From contig NC_087436.1 of assembly GCF_036321535.1 (NCBI RefSeq), positions 41,542,001-41,606,000 on the forward strand: a stretch of 64,000 bases of DNA, in the 5' to 3' direction. Both the position numbers and the translations under genes were made by a program. This DNA is from Camelus dromedarius. Its lineage: Eukaryota. Below the pieces are notes generated by a model. The model was not told the origin of the DNA and ran no database searches. It was given only the letters and a program-made list of their open reading frames with translations. Of the stretch, positions 25,273-37,727 are shown piece by piece; the stretch's first letter is position 1; each line of letters begins with the position of its first letter.

Positions 25273-26680
25273 GAAGGTTTTGTCCATTAAGGTGGAATTT
25301 TGCTTTGTTTACTGCTTTGCCCCAATCACAAAGAATAGCAATTGCATATAAAGTTCTCAATAAAGATTTGATAAAATGAACAAGTGGATATGTCTTGTCT
25401 AATCTTTCTTTTCTTCAGCATTGCCTGAATAATACAGATCCTAGAATGATTCAATTCACCACAATGTCCAATAAATTAAATTTGTTTTACATTCTACATG
25501 GGTTATACTAGCATGTTTATGACCATAACAGATCATATTCCAGGCCCAAAGTTCAGACTTTATTAAAAAGGAAATTACTTCTGTGTGGGATGATACATTC
25601 ATTCTAAGCATACCGTGCAGAAATAATAAAGTAAGACTTAGATTTAATAGTGTGCTTATTAATATATTACTAATTTTATCTCTAATTTCATAATAAAGAA
25701 ACATACATTAAAACAAACACTTCATTACTTTCCCTTGAAAAATTACAGAGAAAAGATAATCAGATATTTACATATGCAGAATGTAGTCACTATTCCATTA
25801 GTGAATCTTCAGATGTATAATGCTCATTTGTGTTCAGAACCTTAGGAGTTGTCCCAGCCAAAGCCATCAGATATTTAGAAATATTTTTAAAAATAAGACT
25901 TTTTGAATATTGAAAAAGGATTTCCATTAACAAACATACCATATTGAAAATGAAAATGAAAAGAAGATGTTGAATAAGTTGAATGACTCTAGTTTTGAAC
26001 CACAGTTGATTTTAAATGCCTAATTACACTATTTTTAGTTACTTAATTTTATAACAATACAGCGGTCACTTATTGGCAATGTTTATTTTCCAACTATTAG
26101 TGAAATTTACAAAATTATGTGTAACCAATCTCAAATTGGGTATAATTGAAATTTAAACTGTAACAAGATATTATTTATTTATGTACTAAGGGAAGCAAGC
26201 AAAACTGTCCCAACTTCTAGATATGTTGCAGTTTTAATTACTGAATAGTTTTATCCTGCTAATAAGCTTTTGTAAAAACTCAATTAAGAAATTTTTAATG
26301 GTTAAAATAATACTAAATTCAAAACAAAAATAGTATATTAATTTGAAAATCATACTAAATAACATAAAATGCTGCAAATCTTTAGAAATTGAGAATATAA
26401 ATTCTTATATGTAATTGAATTTTCTTTTCATGAACACATGTAATGATACAAAAATTATCATGATCACTGCAGAAATGGTGAAATATAATATAATAATAGG
26501 TAGCTTGTAGAAAATCTGTTGTTTTTTTTTTTTTTTGATAATATAGTGTTGGGAAGTGTCCAAGAGCACACTTAGGCATAGCTTTTATAATGCTACACCA
26601 TCACAAAGTAAGGGATCAGATCAAAGATATAACCTAAACAGTGTGGGAATGTTGAGAAGCAGTCTTTAGATACTTATTAT

Positions 26681-27097
26681 TGTCTTTAGTACATTTGTTG
26701 GGTTGGGATGCTTTAACAAAATACCACAGACTGTGTGGCTTAAACAACAGAAACTAATTTTCTCAAAGTTCTGGAGGCTGGAAAGTCCAAGACCAAGGTC
26801 CCATCATGGCTCAGTTCCTGGTAAGGCTTGTATTCCTAGCTTGCAGACAGCTACCTTCTCATTATGTCCATTCATGGTTTCTCCTGGTGAGTGTGTGCAG
26901 AGAGGGATAGAGTGAGCAAGTACTCGCTCTTGTGACTGTTCTTAGAAGGACCCTATTCTTATCAGATCAGGGCCCCACCCTTATGACCTTACTTAACCTT
27001 CAGTACTTCCTTTAGGCTCTTTCTCCAAATACAATCACAATGGGAGTCAGGACTTCAACATAATGAATTTTAGAGGGACACAATTCAGTCCATAGCA
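26681..27097 (-). mobile_element. MaLR solo LTR (MLT1A-like)
   Basis: taacaaaataccacagactgtgtggcttaaacaacagaaa ... acacaattcagtccatagca. Confidence 0.9.
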
Positions 27098-27119
27098 TTA
27101 GGGAATATTACCTAATGAT

Positions 27120-27228
27120 GGCAGTTAAACTTTATATAACACCATACACCACCCGTTCTTCTAAGTAATTTACAAAGGTCTTATCATGCAATCTGCTAAC
27201 TCTGTGGAGTAGATATCATCATCGCCAA

Positions 27229-27265
<37 letters not shown>

Positions 27266-27410
27266 GTCATTTCCAGTTATAAATCAGAAAAAAAATGATC
27301 AAAACATTTTGAGAACCGTGTCCAAATATACATACCCTGTACATGATGAAATTTGGAATCAAACTATTCTGTTTAAATGAAGCAGTTTATGATTTGAATC
27401 ACTATCTACT
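27120..27410 (-). mobile_element. MIR SINE containing a (CAT)n microsatellite at about 27229-27264
   Basis: Degenerate antisense MIR, with about 12 CAT units replacing its internal attatc region. Confidence 0.6.
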
Positions 27411-27944
27411 GCTGTCTCTGAGGGAGATACCGTGAAAAGAAAGGAAAGAGGATAGAAATATTTAGTTAGAATATTAATCAAGAGATTATCATATCTCAGG
27501 GCATGAAGAGTCTTGGATTTTAGTCATAATTAAGACAGTTGTGTGATTTCCAAAATTATTCCAGTATCACAATTACAATGTGAATGTTGATTAGGTACAT
27601 TGATATAAAAAATTTTTATGTATAAAAAAAATTTCTACAACTCAACACTATGTAGGAATCAGTAATAGTCTTTTGATTTTAATTCTACAATTTAATTATT
27701 CTTGCTATTTAACTAAATTTCTGTTCTCTTCTGGAAAGGCACAAAGTAGTCATACCTTGATTTCTGGGCCTTAAGACTGAAAAGTCTTTCTCAGTATAGA
27801 CACCTGAATGTTAGAATATCAGTGTACTAAAAACTCCCAGAGAGTTCTTGAACTATGACAGGTATAGACAGTTCATGAATTTAGCTATGATTATTAGGAA
27901 AGGCATAATGTATATTATCCTTTTCTATGACTTTCTGAAACCTT

Positions 27945-30900
27945 TTTTGAAAATAGTTTTAGATTTAGAGACTAGTTAAAATACAGCATAGTGTTCCTGT
28001 ATACCTTTCATCCAGCCTCCCTTAATGTTTACATCATACTGAGTTAATATTTCTGTAATATGATTAAATGAACCACAGACTTTATTTTGTATTATACTAG
28101 ATTTTTCACAAATATCCTCTTTATGTTCTGGAATCCAGTCTGGGATACCACATTGCTTTTAGTCATCATATCTCCATAGTCTTCACTAATCTGTGACAGT
28201 TTCTCCATCTGTCTTTATTTTTCCTGGATATTCCTTATTTTCTCTCAAATCAGGTTTGAAATACCAGGAGAAATGTGCCCTTCCTGTTTTATCACAACAA
28301 AGGGTACATATATCAGCACAACTTATTACTGATTGTGTTAATCTTGGTCTCTTGGTTAAGGTTGTATCCTTCAGGTTCCTCTACTGTAGAGTTACTGTAT
28401 TTCACTTTCCATATCAGTTCATTAGAAGCAAGTCACTAAGGCCAGCCCATGTTCAAGGAGAAGGTAAATATAAGCTCCACCTCCTAAAGAGGAAAGTGTA
28501 GGATATCTGTTAGTCTATGTTAAAACCGCCACAAACATCAATAAATATCATTAAAATATTTTGAGACTATGTAAATATCCAGGTTTTCTTAAAGTTTATA
28601 GATTCTTTGGGATTTCCTACATAGATAGTCATGACTTCTGTGAAGAGGGGAGTCTTATTTCTACCTCTCCCTGTGGGTATTTTATTTCTTCTTCTTGCTT
28701 TATGAAAATTACCAGTATTTCCAATAAACTTAAAGTGACGAGAGCATTCCTGCATTGGTCTTCATCTCGGGGAGAAAGCATCCAATCTCTCTCACCATTC
28801 TTTATGATTTTTTTTTGTTTTCTTGTAAATGTCTTTTATTAGGTTACAACATTAAATGTCCATTCATAATTTGCTGTGAATTTTTAATCATGAATGAATC
28901 TTGAATTTTGTTGACTGCTATTTCCATATTAACTGATAGGAGTTTTTTATTCAGCCTGGTAAGGTGGTGAATTATATCAACTTATTTTCAAATGTTGAGT
29001 TAGCTTTGTATTACTTGAATGAACTCCACTTGGTTGTGCTATATTATCTTCTTAATATATTGCTACATTCAAATTGCCTATATTTTGTCAAGGACTTTTG
29101 CTTTTACATTCATGAGTGATATTGGTCTCTAATTCTGTTTTCTTGTAATGTTTTTGGTACTAGAACAATGCAGACCTCAAAAATCAGCCTGAAAATATTC
29201 TCTCTTCTATTTCTGGGAAAAAAATTGATATAAATTGGTATTATATATTCATTAAGCATTTAGTAAAATTTTCTAATGTAGCCATCTTCCCCTGCAGTTT
29301 TCCCTTTTTCAGAGCCTTTTAAGTATTGATTTATTTAATAATAAAGACTATCCTCAGATTACTTAATATTTTATGAGTGATAGTTTTTGTTTTTCAAGGA
29401 ATTTATCCATTCAGATAGACTGTTGAATTTATGGTGATAGATAGTTTGCATGTCCTTACTATGCTTTTAAAGTTTCTGGGATCAGTAGAAATGCCCTTTA
29501 TCTCATTCCTGATGTTGGAAATTTTTAAATTTCCTACGAAATGTCTTCTTTGGCCTGTGGGTTATTTAGAAATATTTTGTTAAATATTTAAATATTTCAG
29601 TGATTTTTCTGATATTTTTGTTACTAATTTCTGGTTTATTTGTGATGATTCAAAATATAATTTATGAGATTTCTATTATTTTAAATGTGGTAAGACATGG
29701 CCTAAGACCCATAATTAATGCATATTCTGTGTACAGTTCTTTATAAATATGCATTAAATCAAGTTAGATGATATGGTTTCAGGTTATCCATGTCATTTCT
29801 GATTTTCTCCCTACTTACTCTCTTAACTAATGAAAGAGGAGAGTTGAAATGTTCACATAAACTTGTGGAATTATCTATTACTCTTTTCAGATCTACATGT
29901 TTTTACCTCATGTATTTTGAATCTCACTTGTTAGGTAAAGCTACATTAAGAGTTGTTATTTCTTCTTAGGGACTACTCTCTGTATTATTATGTAATATTC
30001 CTATTTATTCCTGACACTATCCTTTGTTCATCACTTGGTCTGAGATAAATGTAGCTATTCTAGCTTTCTTTTGCTTAATGTTTTCATGAAATGTCTTTCT
30101 AAACCTTTCAATTTCAATAAGACCTATATATCTTATATTTGTAATATTCCTTAGTATAATATATAATATACAATAATAAAATTATAATATATAGTATGTA
30201 ATATATATTCCTTTTCATATCATTTTTCATTATAAGCTGTGACAAGATACTGAATATAGGTCCTTGTGCTATACAATAGGATCTTGTTGTCTGTCTATTT
30301 TATATATTAGTTAATATCTGCAAATCATGAACTCCCAATTTATCCCTCCCCCACCCCCTTTGCCCTTGGTAACCATAAGCTTGTTATCTATGTCTGAGTC
30401 TGTTACACTTTTGTAAATAAGTTCATTTGTGTCATTTTTTTTAGATTCCACATATAAGTGATATCATTTGGTAATTTTCTCTTTCTGGCTTACTTATGAT
30501 AATCTCCAGGTACATCCCTGTTGCTGCAAATGGCATTATTTTATTCTTTTTTATGGCTGAGAAGTATTCCATATGTGTATCACACCTTCTATATCCAGTT
30601 ATCTGTTAATCAACATTTAGGTTGTTTCCATGTCTTGTCTATTGTAAATACTGCTGCTGTGAACATTGGGGAGCATGTATCTTTTTGTTTGTTTTGTTTT
30701 TGTTTGTTTGTTTGTTTTATGTATCTTTTTGAATTAGTGTTCCCTCCATATATATATGCCCAGAGGTGGGATTGCTGGATAATAGGATGTCTATTTTTAG
30801 TTTTTTAAGGACTCTCCATACTGTTTTCCATAATGGCTGCACCAAATTACATTCCCACAGCAGTGTAGGAGGGTTGCCTTTTCTCCACACCCTCTGCAGC

Positions 30901-33900
30901 ATTTGTCATTTATGAACTTTTTAATGATGGCCATTCTGACTGGTGTGAGGTGATACCAAACTGTATTCGGACTTGCATTTCTCTGATAATTAGCTATGTG
31001 AAACATTTTTTCATCTGCCTATTGGCCATTTGTATATCTTCACTGAAGAGATGCTTGTTTAGGTATTCTATCCTTTTTTTTTTTTATTATTAGTTTGTTT
31101 GCTTTTTGTTACTGAGTTATATGAGCTGTTTATATATTCTGGAAATTAAGCACTTGTCAGCTGCATCATTTGCAAATATTTTCCCCCATTATGTGGATTG
31201 TCTTTTGTTTTGTGTATAGTTTCCTTTTCTGTGCAAAACTTATGAGTTTACTTCAGTCCCATTTGTCTATTTTTGCCTTGATTTTTATTGCCTGGGTAGA
31301 CTGCCCTAGGAGAACATTGCTGAGATTCATGTCAGAGGATAGTTTGCCTATGTTCTCTTCTAGGAGGTTTATAGTGTCTTGTCTAATGTTTAAGTTTTTA
31401 AGCCATTTTGAATTTATTTTTCTGTATTTGTGAAGGAATATTCTAATTTCATTGATTTATGTAGGGCAGTCCAGCTTTCCCAGCACCACTTGCTGAAGAG
31501 AATGTCTTTTTCCATTGTATATTCTTTCCTTCTTTGTCAAAGACTAGTAGACTGTAGGTGTTTAGGTGTATTTCTGAATTTTCTTTTCTGAGCCATTGAT
31601 CCATATGACTGCTTTTGTGCCAGTACCACAATGTTTTGATTACTATGGCTCTGGAGTATTTGTCTGAAATCTGGGAGGGTTGTTCCTCCAGATTTGTTCT
31701 TTTTCTTCAGTATTGCTTTGGCAATTCTGGCTCTTTTTTACTCCATGTAAATTTTAGGATTATTTGTTCTAGTTCTGTGAAAAAATGTCATGGGGTGTGT
31801 CATATTTAAAGAGGGTTTCTTGTAAAAAAAAAATATGTTGTTGGTTCTTGCTTGTTTATCCAATATGACATTGGTATGTTGAAACCATTAAATTTAAACG
31901 AAATATTTATATGGTTAGACTAAATCTACCATCAAGCTAGATGTTTTCCATTTGTTCCATTTTTTCTTTGCTTCTTTTTTTGCCCCTGTTATTCTGCCTT
32001 CTGTTAGTTTGAGTGTTTTTATAATTCTCTTTATCTTATCTATTGACTTATTATGTGCATCTCTTTTTCTTAATTTTTGTAGTTTCCCCAGAGTTTATAA
32101 TATACATTTTAAAAATAAAATGACTTCCATCAAAGATTACAGATTTATACCTATGCAGTATAAAAATCTTCTAACAGTATATTTTTTACTCCTACCTTTC
32201 ACCTTTTGTGCCATTTTATTTATGTATTTCACTCTTATATATGTTCCAAACACACACTACATTGTTTCTCTTATTGCTTTAAATAAGCATCTATCTTTTA
32301 GAGGAATTAAAAAATAAGGAAAAACTGATGTTTAACCTTTATTTATTCCATATTTGATACAACCCATTTCTTTGGTAGACCTACCTTTCTGACCACATTG
32401 TATTATTTCTGCTTGAAGAAATTACTTTAATATTTCTTGTAGAACAAGTTGTCAAAAGCCCCTTTTTTGAGGAATATTTCCTTTGGATATAGAATTCTCA
32501 GTTAACAGTTATTTTGATTTCTTTTTCCTTCTAGTACTTTAAAAGTATCACTCTTTATCTTTTGCTTACATGGTTTCTGATAAGAAATTTGCTATAGTTG
32601 TTACTCTTATTCCTTTTAGGTAATATATATTTTCATCAGTTACAACAATATATATTGGTTTAGGGTTTTTTGTTTATTTGATTGATTTTTGTTTGTCTTG
32701 TTTGTTCATTTTTGGTTTTTATCCTGCTTGATGTTCTTTGAGGTTCTTGCTTCTATAAACTGGTGTTTGTCCCTAAAAAACTGTCATCCATTATTTTTTC
32801 AAATATATTCTTTCCCTTTTTCTTTTTTCTCTTTCTGAGATATCAGATATATCTGTTTGCCTCCCACTATGGTCACACAGATGTGGGATGCTCTGTACCT
32901 GTCCTCCTCCTTTTTTTCTCTTTGTATTTTAATTTGAATAATTTCTAGTAACCTATTTTGCAGCTTACTTATTCTTGCCTTGGATGTCTTGAATCTACTG
33001 ATGAACTCATCAAAAGTATTATTAAACCTCTGTTACTATGTCTCTGATTTCTAACATTTCTGTTTGATATTTTTCTAATAATTTTTAATATCTGCTGAAA
33101 GTACCTATCTGGTTGTGTACACTGTCTACCTTGTCTATTATAGTCTTTAAGTATTTATTTACTTATTTTAAATTCTCTACCTGATAGTTCTAATATCTGT
33201 GTCATACCTGAGCCTGGGTCATTTTATTCCTTTTTTTGTTTCTGACCGATTTTCTTACTTTTTTGTACGTATTATAAACTTTGGTTGAAAGCTAGCCATA
33301 TTGTATAAGATAGATAGCAACTAAGATAAATACTATTTTATGCATAAAGATGAGTATGCCATCCCTCTGGTTGCCTTTAACGGAGATTTTAGAGTTTATG
33401 TAGTTGAGCTGAGTCTGAATGTTTCTTTCTGATTGGTTTTAGATCTTCTGATTTAACTCTAGGCTTTCCCTCAAGGTTCTTACCAGAGAAACTATCACTT
33501 GCAGCTTTCCTGAATGTATTCTGATTTTATCTACATTTGATGTTTGTTAGTATGATGGCAGATATGAGGTAGGGAGGTAATTCTCTGTTGTTCTGAGTAA
33601 GTCTCAGTCCTAAGTAGGCACTGTGAATTTTGGACTTCACAAGTGTCCCTACCCATTTTCCAGAACTAATTCTTGGCTTGGAAGGTTAACTGACCCTTCC
33701 CCAAGTGTAATATTTTTCTCTTTTCTCCTTCTCTCCCTTCCTTCTTTCCTGTCTTCCTTTCTTCTCTTTTTCTTTCTTTCTTTTGTTTGACTATCCCCCT
33801 CCTTCCAGCTGCCATGGATTTACACATTTGTTCCAATACTTACAGCTTATTATTTTGTTTCCATTCTCCCTGCACTGTAAGGCTTTTGTTGTATAGGGTA

Positions 33901-34500
33901 GATAGAGGAGATAGATAGAGACAGATTTTCAGTGATGGCTGCTGTTCTGTTCCCCAGCTCCAGTGGGTAGACACTGGTGCCCCAGGCTACTTTTTTCCCT
34001 TGACCTTTACCCTGTAACCAAATTCTGCTGTTCCATATGTGAAAGAAGGAAAATGGATCTAGTTTTATTTGGACAGTGGCTGTTATTTCTCACCCCAGCA
34101 CCATAGGGAAAACTTTTTAAAGATTCTCATCCATATTTCCTGTGAATCTCTTGGGGTTCTTGAAGAAAAGCTTTCAAGATGGTACAAATTTCCCTATTTC
34201 TGTGACTCCCAGGAGCTTCATATACTCACTAGCCCACATTCAGTCTTCAGCAGTTTTTTAAAAAACATTTGTAGCTGAATCTTAACTTGTGTAACATCTA
34301 ATAGAATCTGTCCCAGTTAAGCAAATTCTCAAATCCTTCTTCTCCCTGCAGGTGCCTGTATTTCTCCAGATTTAAAGTTATACTTTTTTTATCTGTGACT
34401 TCAGTTTTTTTAATGACTTCAAAGAAATTTTGTGCATCTTTTTTTCTTATTGTGGGAGCAACATTCTTTAAAAGCACTCTATATCTGCAGGCTGAAACTG
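27945..34500 (-). mobile_element. Old L1 (L1MC/L1M4-like) with 3' UTR, ORF2/ORF1 remnants and 5' UTR; internally deleted and split by a younger L1
   Basis: L1MC-type 3' end at 27945-28570, antisense ORF2 at 28570-30140, continuation at 31795-34500 ending in an L1M4-like 5' terminus (ctctatatctgcaggctgaaactg). Confidence 0.75.
30141..31794 (-). mobile_element. Intermediate-age 5'-truncated L1 (artiodactyl/camelid-like) nested in the older L1
   Basis: ORF2 peptides in the ORF track ([13 protein letters not shown]...[23 protein letters not shown]) with frameshifts; degenerate TSD tatatcttatattt / tgtgtcatattt. Confidence 0.9.
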
Positions 34501-35087
34501 TGTACCCCTTATGAGACTTTTGATTTTTGTTTTGTTCAGCCAGTACATTAAAAATTAACCTTAAAATATTCAGAATACCTTCTTAACGTTAAATGACATT
34601 TGTTAACAGTGTATCCTCAAGTTTTATATAGATTCTAGGTGGAGGGTATGGAGATATCCATATACAGAGACATGAGCTTAGAATGTTTTCTACAATCAGG
34701 AAAACATGCAGGAAAAGCCATTTCAAAGTTGTTTGACATGTAGGAAAAAAGAACAAACTTAGGTCATATTTATGTGAGTTCAAAAATCTAATGTATATGA
34801 AGTACTGAGGGTAATACTTATCATATAATAGGTATACAATGAACATTAGAAGTCATTATCATTACTAACTAAATGTCATAAAGGTCACCTGCAAAATTTT
34901 AATTAAAAACACCCATAAGAGCCATCCTAAATATTAAATTCTGTGACTACAAGATAAATAGTTACATTTCATATTGAAGTCAGGTCAATGATCATTTTGA
35001 AAAGGCTTTAATAGCAATCTAGTGACTGTTTAATAAATATGTCTATTGTGTTCTCATCACTGCTCTTTGAAACACACACAGACACTG

Positions 35088-35088
<1 letters not shown>

Positions 35089-35127
<39 letters not shown>
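35089..35127. repeat. (CA)19 microsatellite
   Basis: Read directly from the sequence. Confidence 0.97.
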
Positions 35128-35129
<2 letters not shown>

Positions 35130-35220
35130 ACATGGTTCTCAAATTAATTGCCACATCATGTGATGAGGTAATATCTGCTGCTGCAGGTATTAAATTAGGA
35201 GCTCACAGAAGAGGCATATA

Positions 35221-35770
35221 CAGTTGATCCTCATTATAAGTGAATTCCTACTATACACAAATAATTTGTAAGAAAAAAATTAAGTTACAGTGCTTTCACA
35301 GACATTTGCAGATATGTGCAGAGTAACACAAAATTTGTCACCCTAGGCTTGTGTTCCCAGCTGTGAGGTCAAACAAGGCAACACTTTGCCCTCTTATTTC
35401 AGCTCTCATACAAAAATGGCCAGAGGGTGGAAACTGGAGGAGCCAGTGCAGTGCAGGAAACTCTGGCTCTGGGGCCAGTTGGGTAGAGTTTATAATCCCA
35501 GCTCTGGCACTTGTTAATGGGCTGGCCTTAGGCAAGTCACTAATACATCTAAACCTCGTTTTTTCTCTTTTGTTAAAAAAAAACAAAAAGACAGAATCCA
35601 CCAGGATGAGTTGTTTTTAGGATTTAAAATTATAATCTATATGAGATATGCATGTTCATAAATAGATATATAGGTATATAATTTCCCCTGGGAGTACTTC
35701 AGTATTCGGTTATTCAGTGTTCACAGCAACTTTATAGAACACAACTCCCGCAGATGAGGAGAATCAACAG
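35221..35770. mobile_element. Non-autonomous TcMar-Tigger element (MER82-like) with an internal MIR segment
   Basis: TA flanks on both sides; terminal inverted repeats CAGTTGATCCTCATT / GAGGAGAATCAACAG; MIR-like core at about 35440-35650. Confidence 0.85.
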
Positions 35771-35819
35771 TATATCACTGTGAAATCAAAAATGTGTGTC
35801 TTAAATATGGTGAAAAGAC

Positions 35820-36440
35820 ACATCTCTCTTAGATAAGACTTCTCAGCCAAGACAGCACCATACATTTAGAAATACAAGCATGCCTGAGAAGTGAGAGCTA
35901 TGGGAGAAGGACCGTGAGAGAAGCTCAGGTTATGGAAAGTCTTAGGTGCCAACTTGAGGCATTTGGATCCAATATGCTAGACAGTTCAGAGAAACAAAAG
36001 GTTTTGACCAAGGGAATAAGTGCTGAAAGCAATGTTTGAAGAGTGTTAATCTGGAAACAACATAGAAGTTACATATTCTGATAAATGCAAAGGAAAGAGG
36101 GATTGGAAAATCTTGTTGTGACAGGCCAAATGGAAGAGATGAATCTGAGGGTCATTAACAAAGGAAAATTGATAAGCGATCTAATTGGAGGTGAAACAGT
36201 AATAGAAGTCAAAGTAATGCTAAAATTGTGACCCATAGTAATTGGAAAGAATAGTAATGACCTTGATGGAACTGTGAATTTAGAAAGCAGACCAGGATGA
36301 GGAGACAGATGTAAAGCACGACATCTGAACAGCTGGTGTTTTCCATTTTAAATGAAGGCAAAAGAAATACTATCAGGATGCACCAGCACACAGCTGAATT
36401 CACCAAGGCATAGATGTGGAAAACAGAGAAACAACAGTGG
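35820..36440 (-). mobile_element. Old L2 fragment
   Basis: aaggttttgaccaagggaataagtgctgaaagcaatgtttgaagagtgttaatctgg. Confidence 0.6.
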
Positions 36441-37727
36441 CAAACAAACAAAAATGATGCACAAGCCAGCAAAGATGAATTGTTCTTTTTCAGCAGTGAC
36501 TTAGTTAGTAGAGGTTGCTAACCCTGCCAAATTATTGCTGGGGAAACTGAAATGTTCAAAAATAATTTTAGACAGCCAAGAAATTTCTGAGTAGCATTTG
36601 GATATAATGGGAAAGAAAATTTTTTTTCTCCTGATAAAGTCACAAGATGACTAGCATTGATTCATTGTAATGAGGCATCTGGATGTCAAACTGACTATTT
36701 CATCTTGCCTCTTTGGGCATGAATCTCATTCTTTCTGGGGAACTACATTAAGTGGATATGATTAAACTGGAGCAGCTTTTTTTTTTTTTTTCCCTCTAAG
36801 AAGAATAAGAGTGGCAGAGGGTATTCCCTGCCAATGTTCATGAGAAACTCCTTCTGTGGTTCTGTTGATTTATTTCCTGGTCAGCGGATAAAGTTTTCCC
36901 TTCAGTCCACCGCTACACACAGGGTGTGCAAAGTCCCTGTCTTCCATTGGTTTGAAACAGAGCAGGGGCATGTGCTTAGAAATGTCTTCCACTGTTACAG
37001 TGTAGGCAGCTTGCAACTAAAAACATACTCAGTGGTACTTTATCCTCGCCGTCCCTCCCCCGTCTCTAAGGCTCTCAGTGGTGGCCTTCTTTGTTATACT
37101 AAGTACTTGACTTCCACCAGTATATTCCAGCAGATTGCTTCTCTCTTTTCTCTCCCTTTTCAGGCACTTAAAGGTGAAATACTGCTTCTACAAATCAGAA
37201 TTTTTGTTACTCTTAGATTTGTGTTTTCTTTGAATCATTGGTTTTTGATTTACTATGGTTGGGGAAAGAATATGTCCTGAAAAAAGCAAGGAGGGAAAAG
37301 AAAACACAGTAAAAAAAAAAAAAAGTGCTTTTGATTTTTGCTGTTTTGGTACAGCAGTCTGTGTCCGCCATATTTTCAGTGAACATGTTTTTTCACTCTT
37401 AACATTTACAAATCAGTAAATCATGAATCTTAGAAAAATCACAAGGCAAAAAATCAGAATGATAAACTACAATAATGTATTATCAAATTACATAATTAAT
37501 TTCACATATTTTCTTTGTGGGAAATAAAAGCTTACTTGATCTCAAATATATTTAGATTTCAAAAGTTCGTAAAAAATACATGCACAAATAGTAATTTAAG
37601 TATATATATGTTTTATATTGACAGGTAAGAATGTAGCTCGTGGCTGCTTTTAATTGTTCAGCCATCAGTATACTTCTTGCCTTCTTTGGGCTTACATTCT
37701 GATGAAGCAGCTGGTTGTATTTCCCTC

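Noticed and set aside
31952..32317. Hydrophobic 121-aa ORF as a membrane protein
   Set aside because: T-rich antisense L1 sequence produces F/L/I-rich artefactual ORFs.
35039..35227. THTHTH repeat peptide
   Set aside because: It is the translation of the (CA)n microsatellite.
36834..37280. 148-aa ORF as a gene
   Set aside because: No recognisable domain; it runs through a pyrimidine tract, and an ORF of this length can arise by chance in 64 kb.
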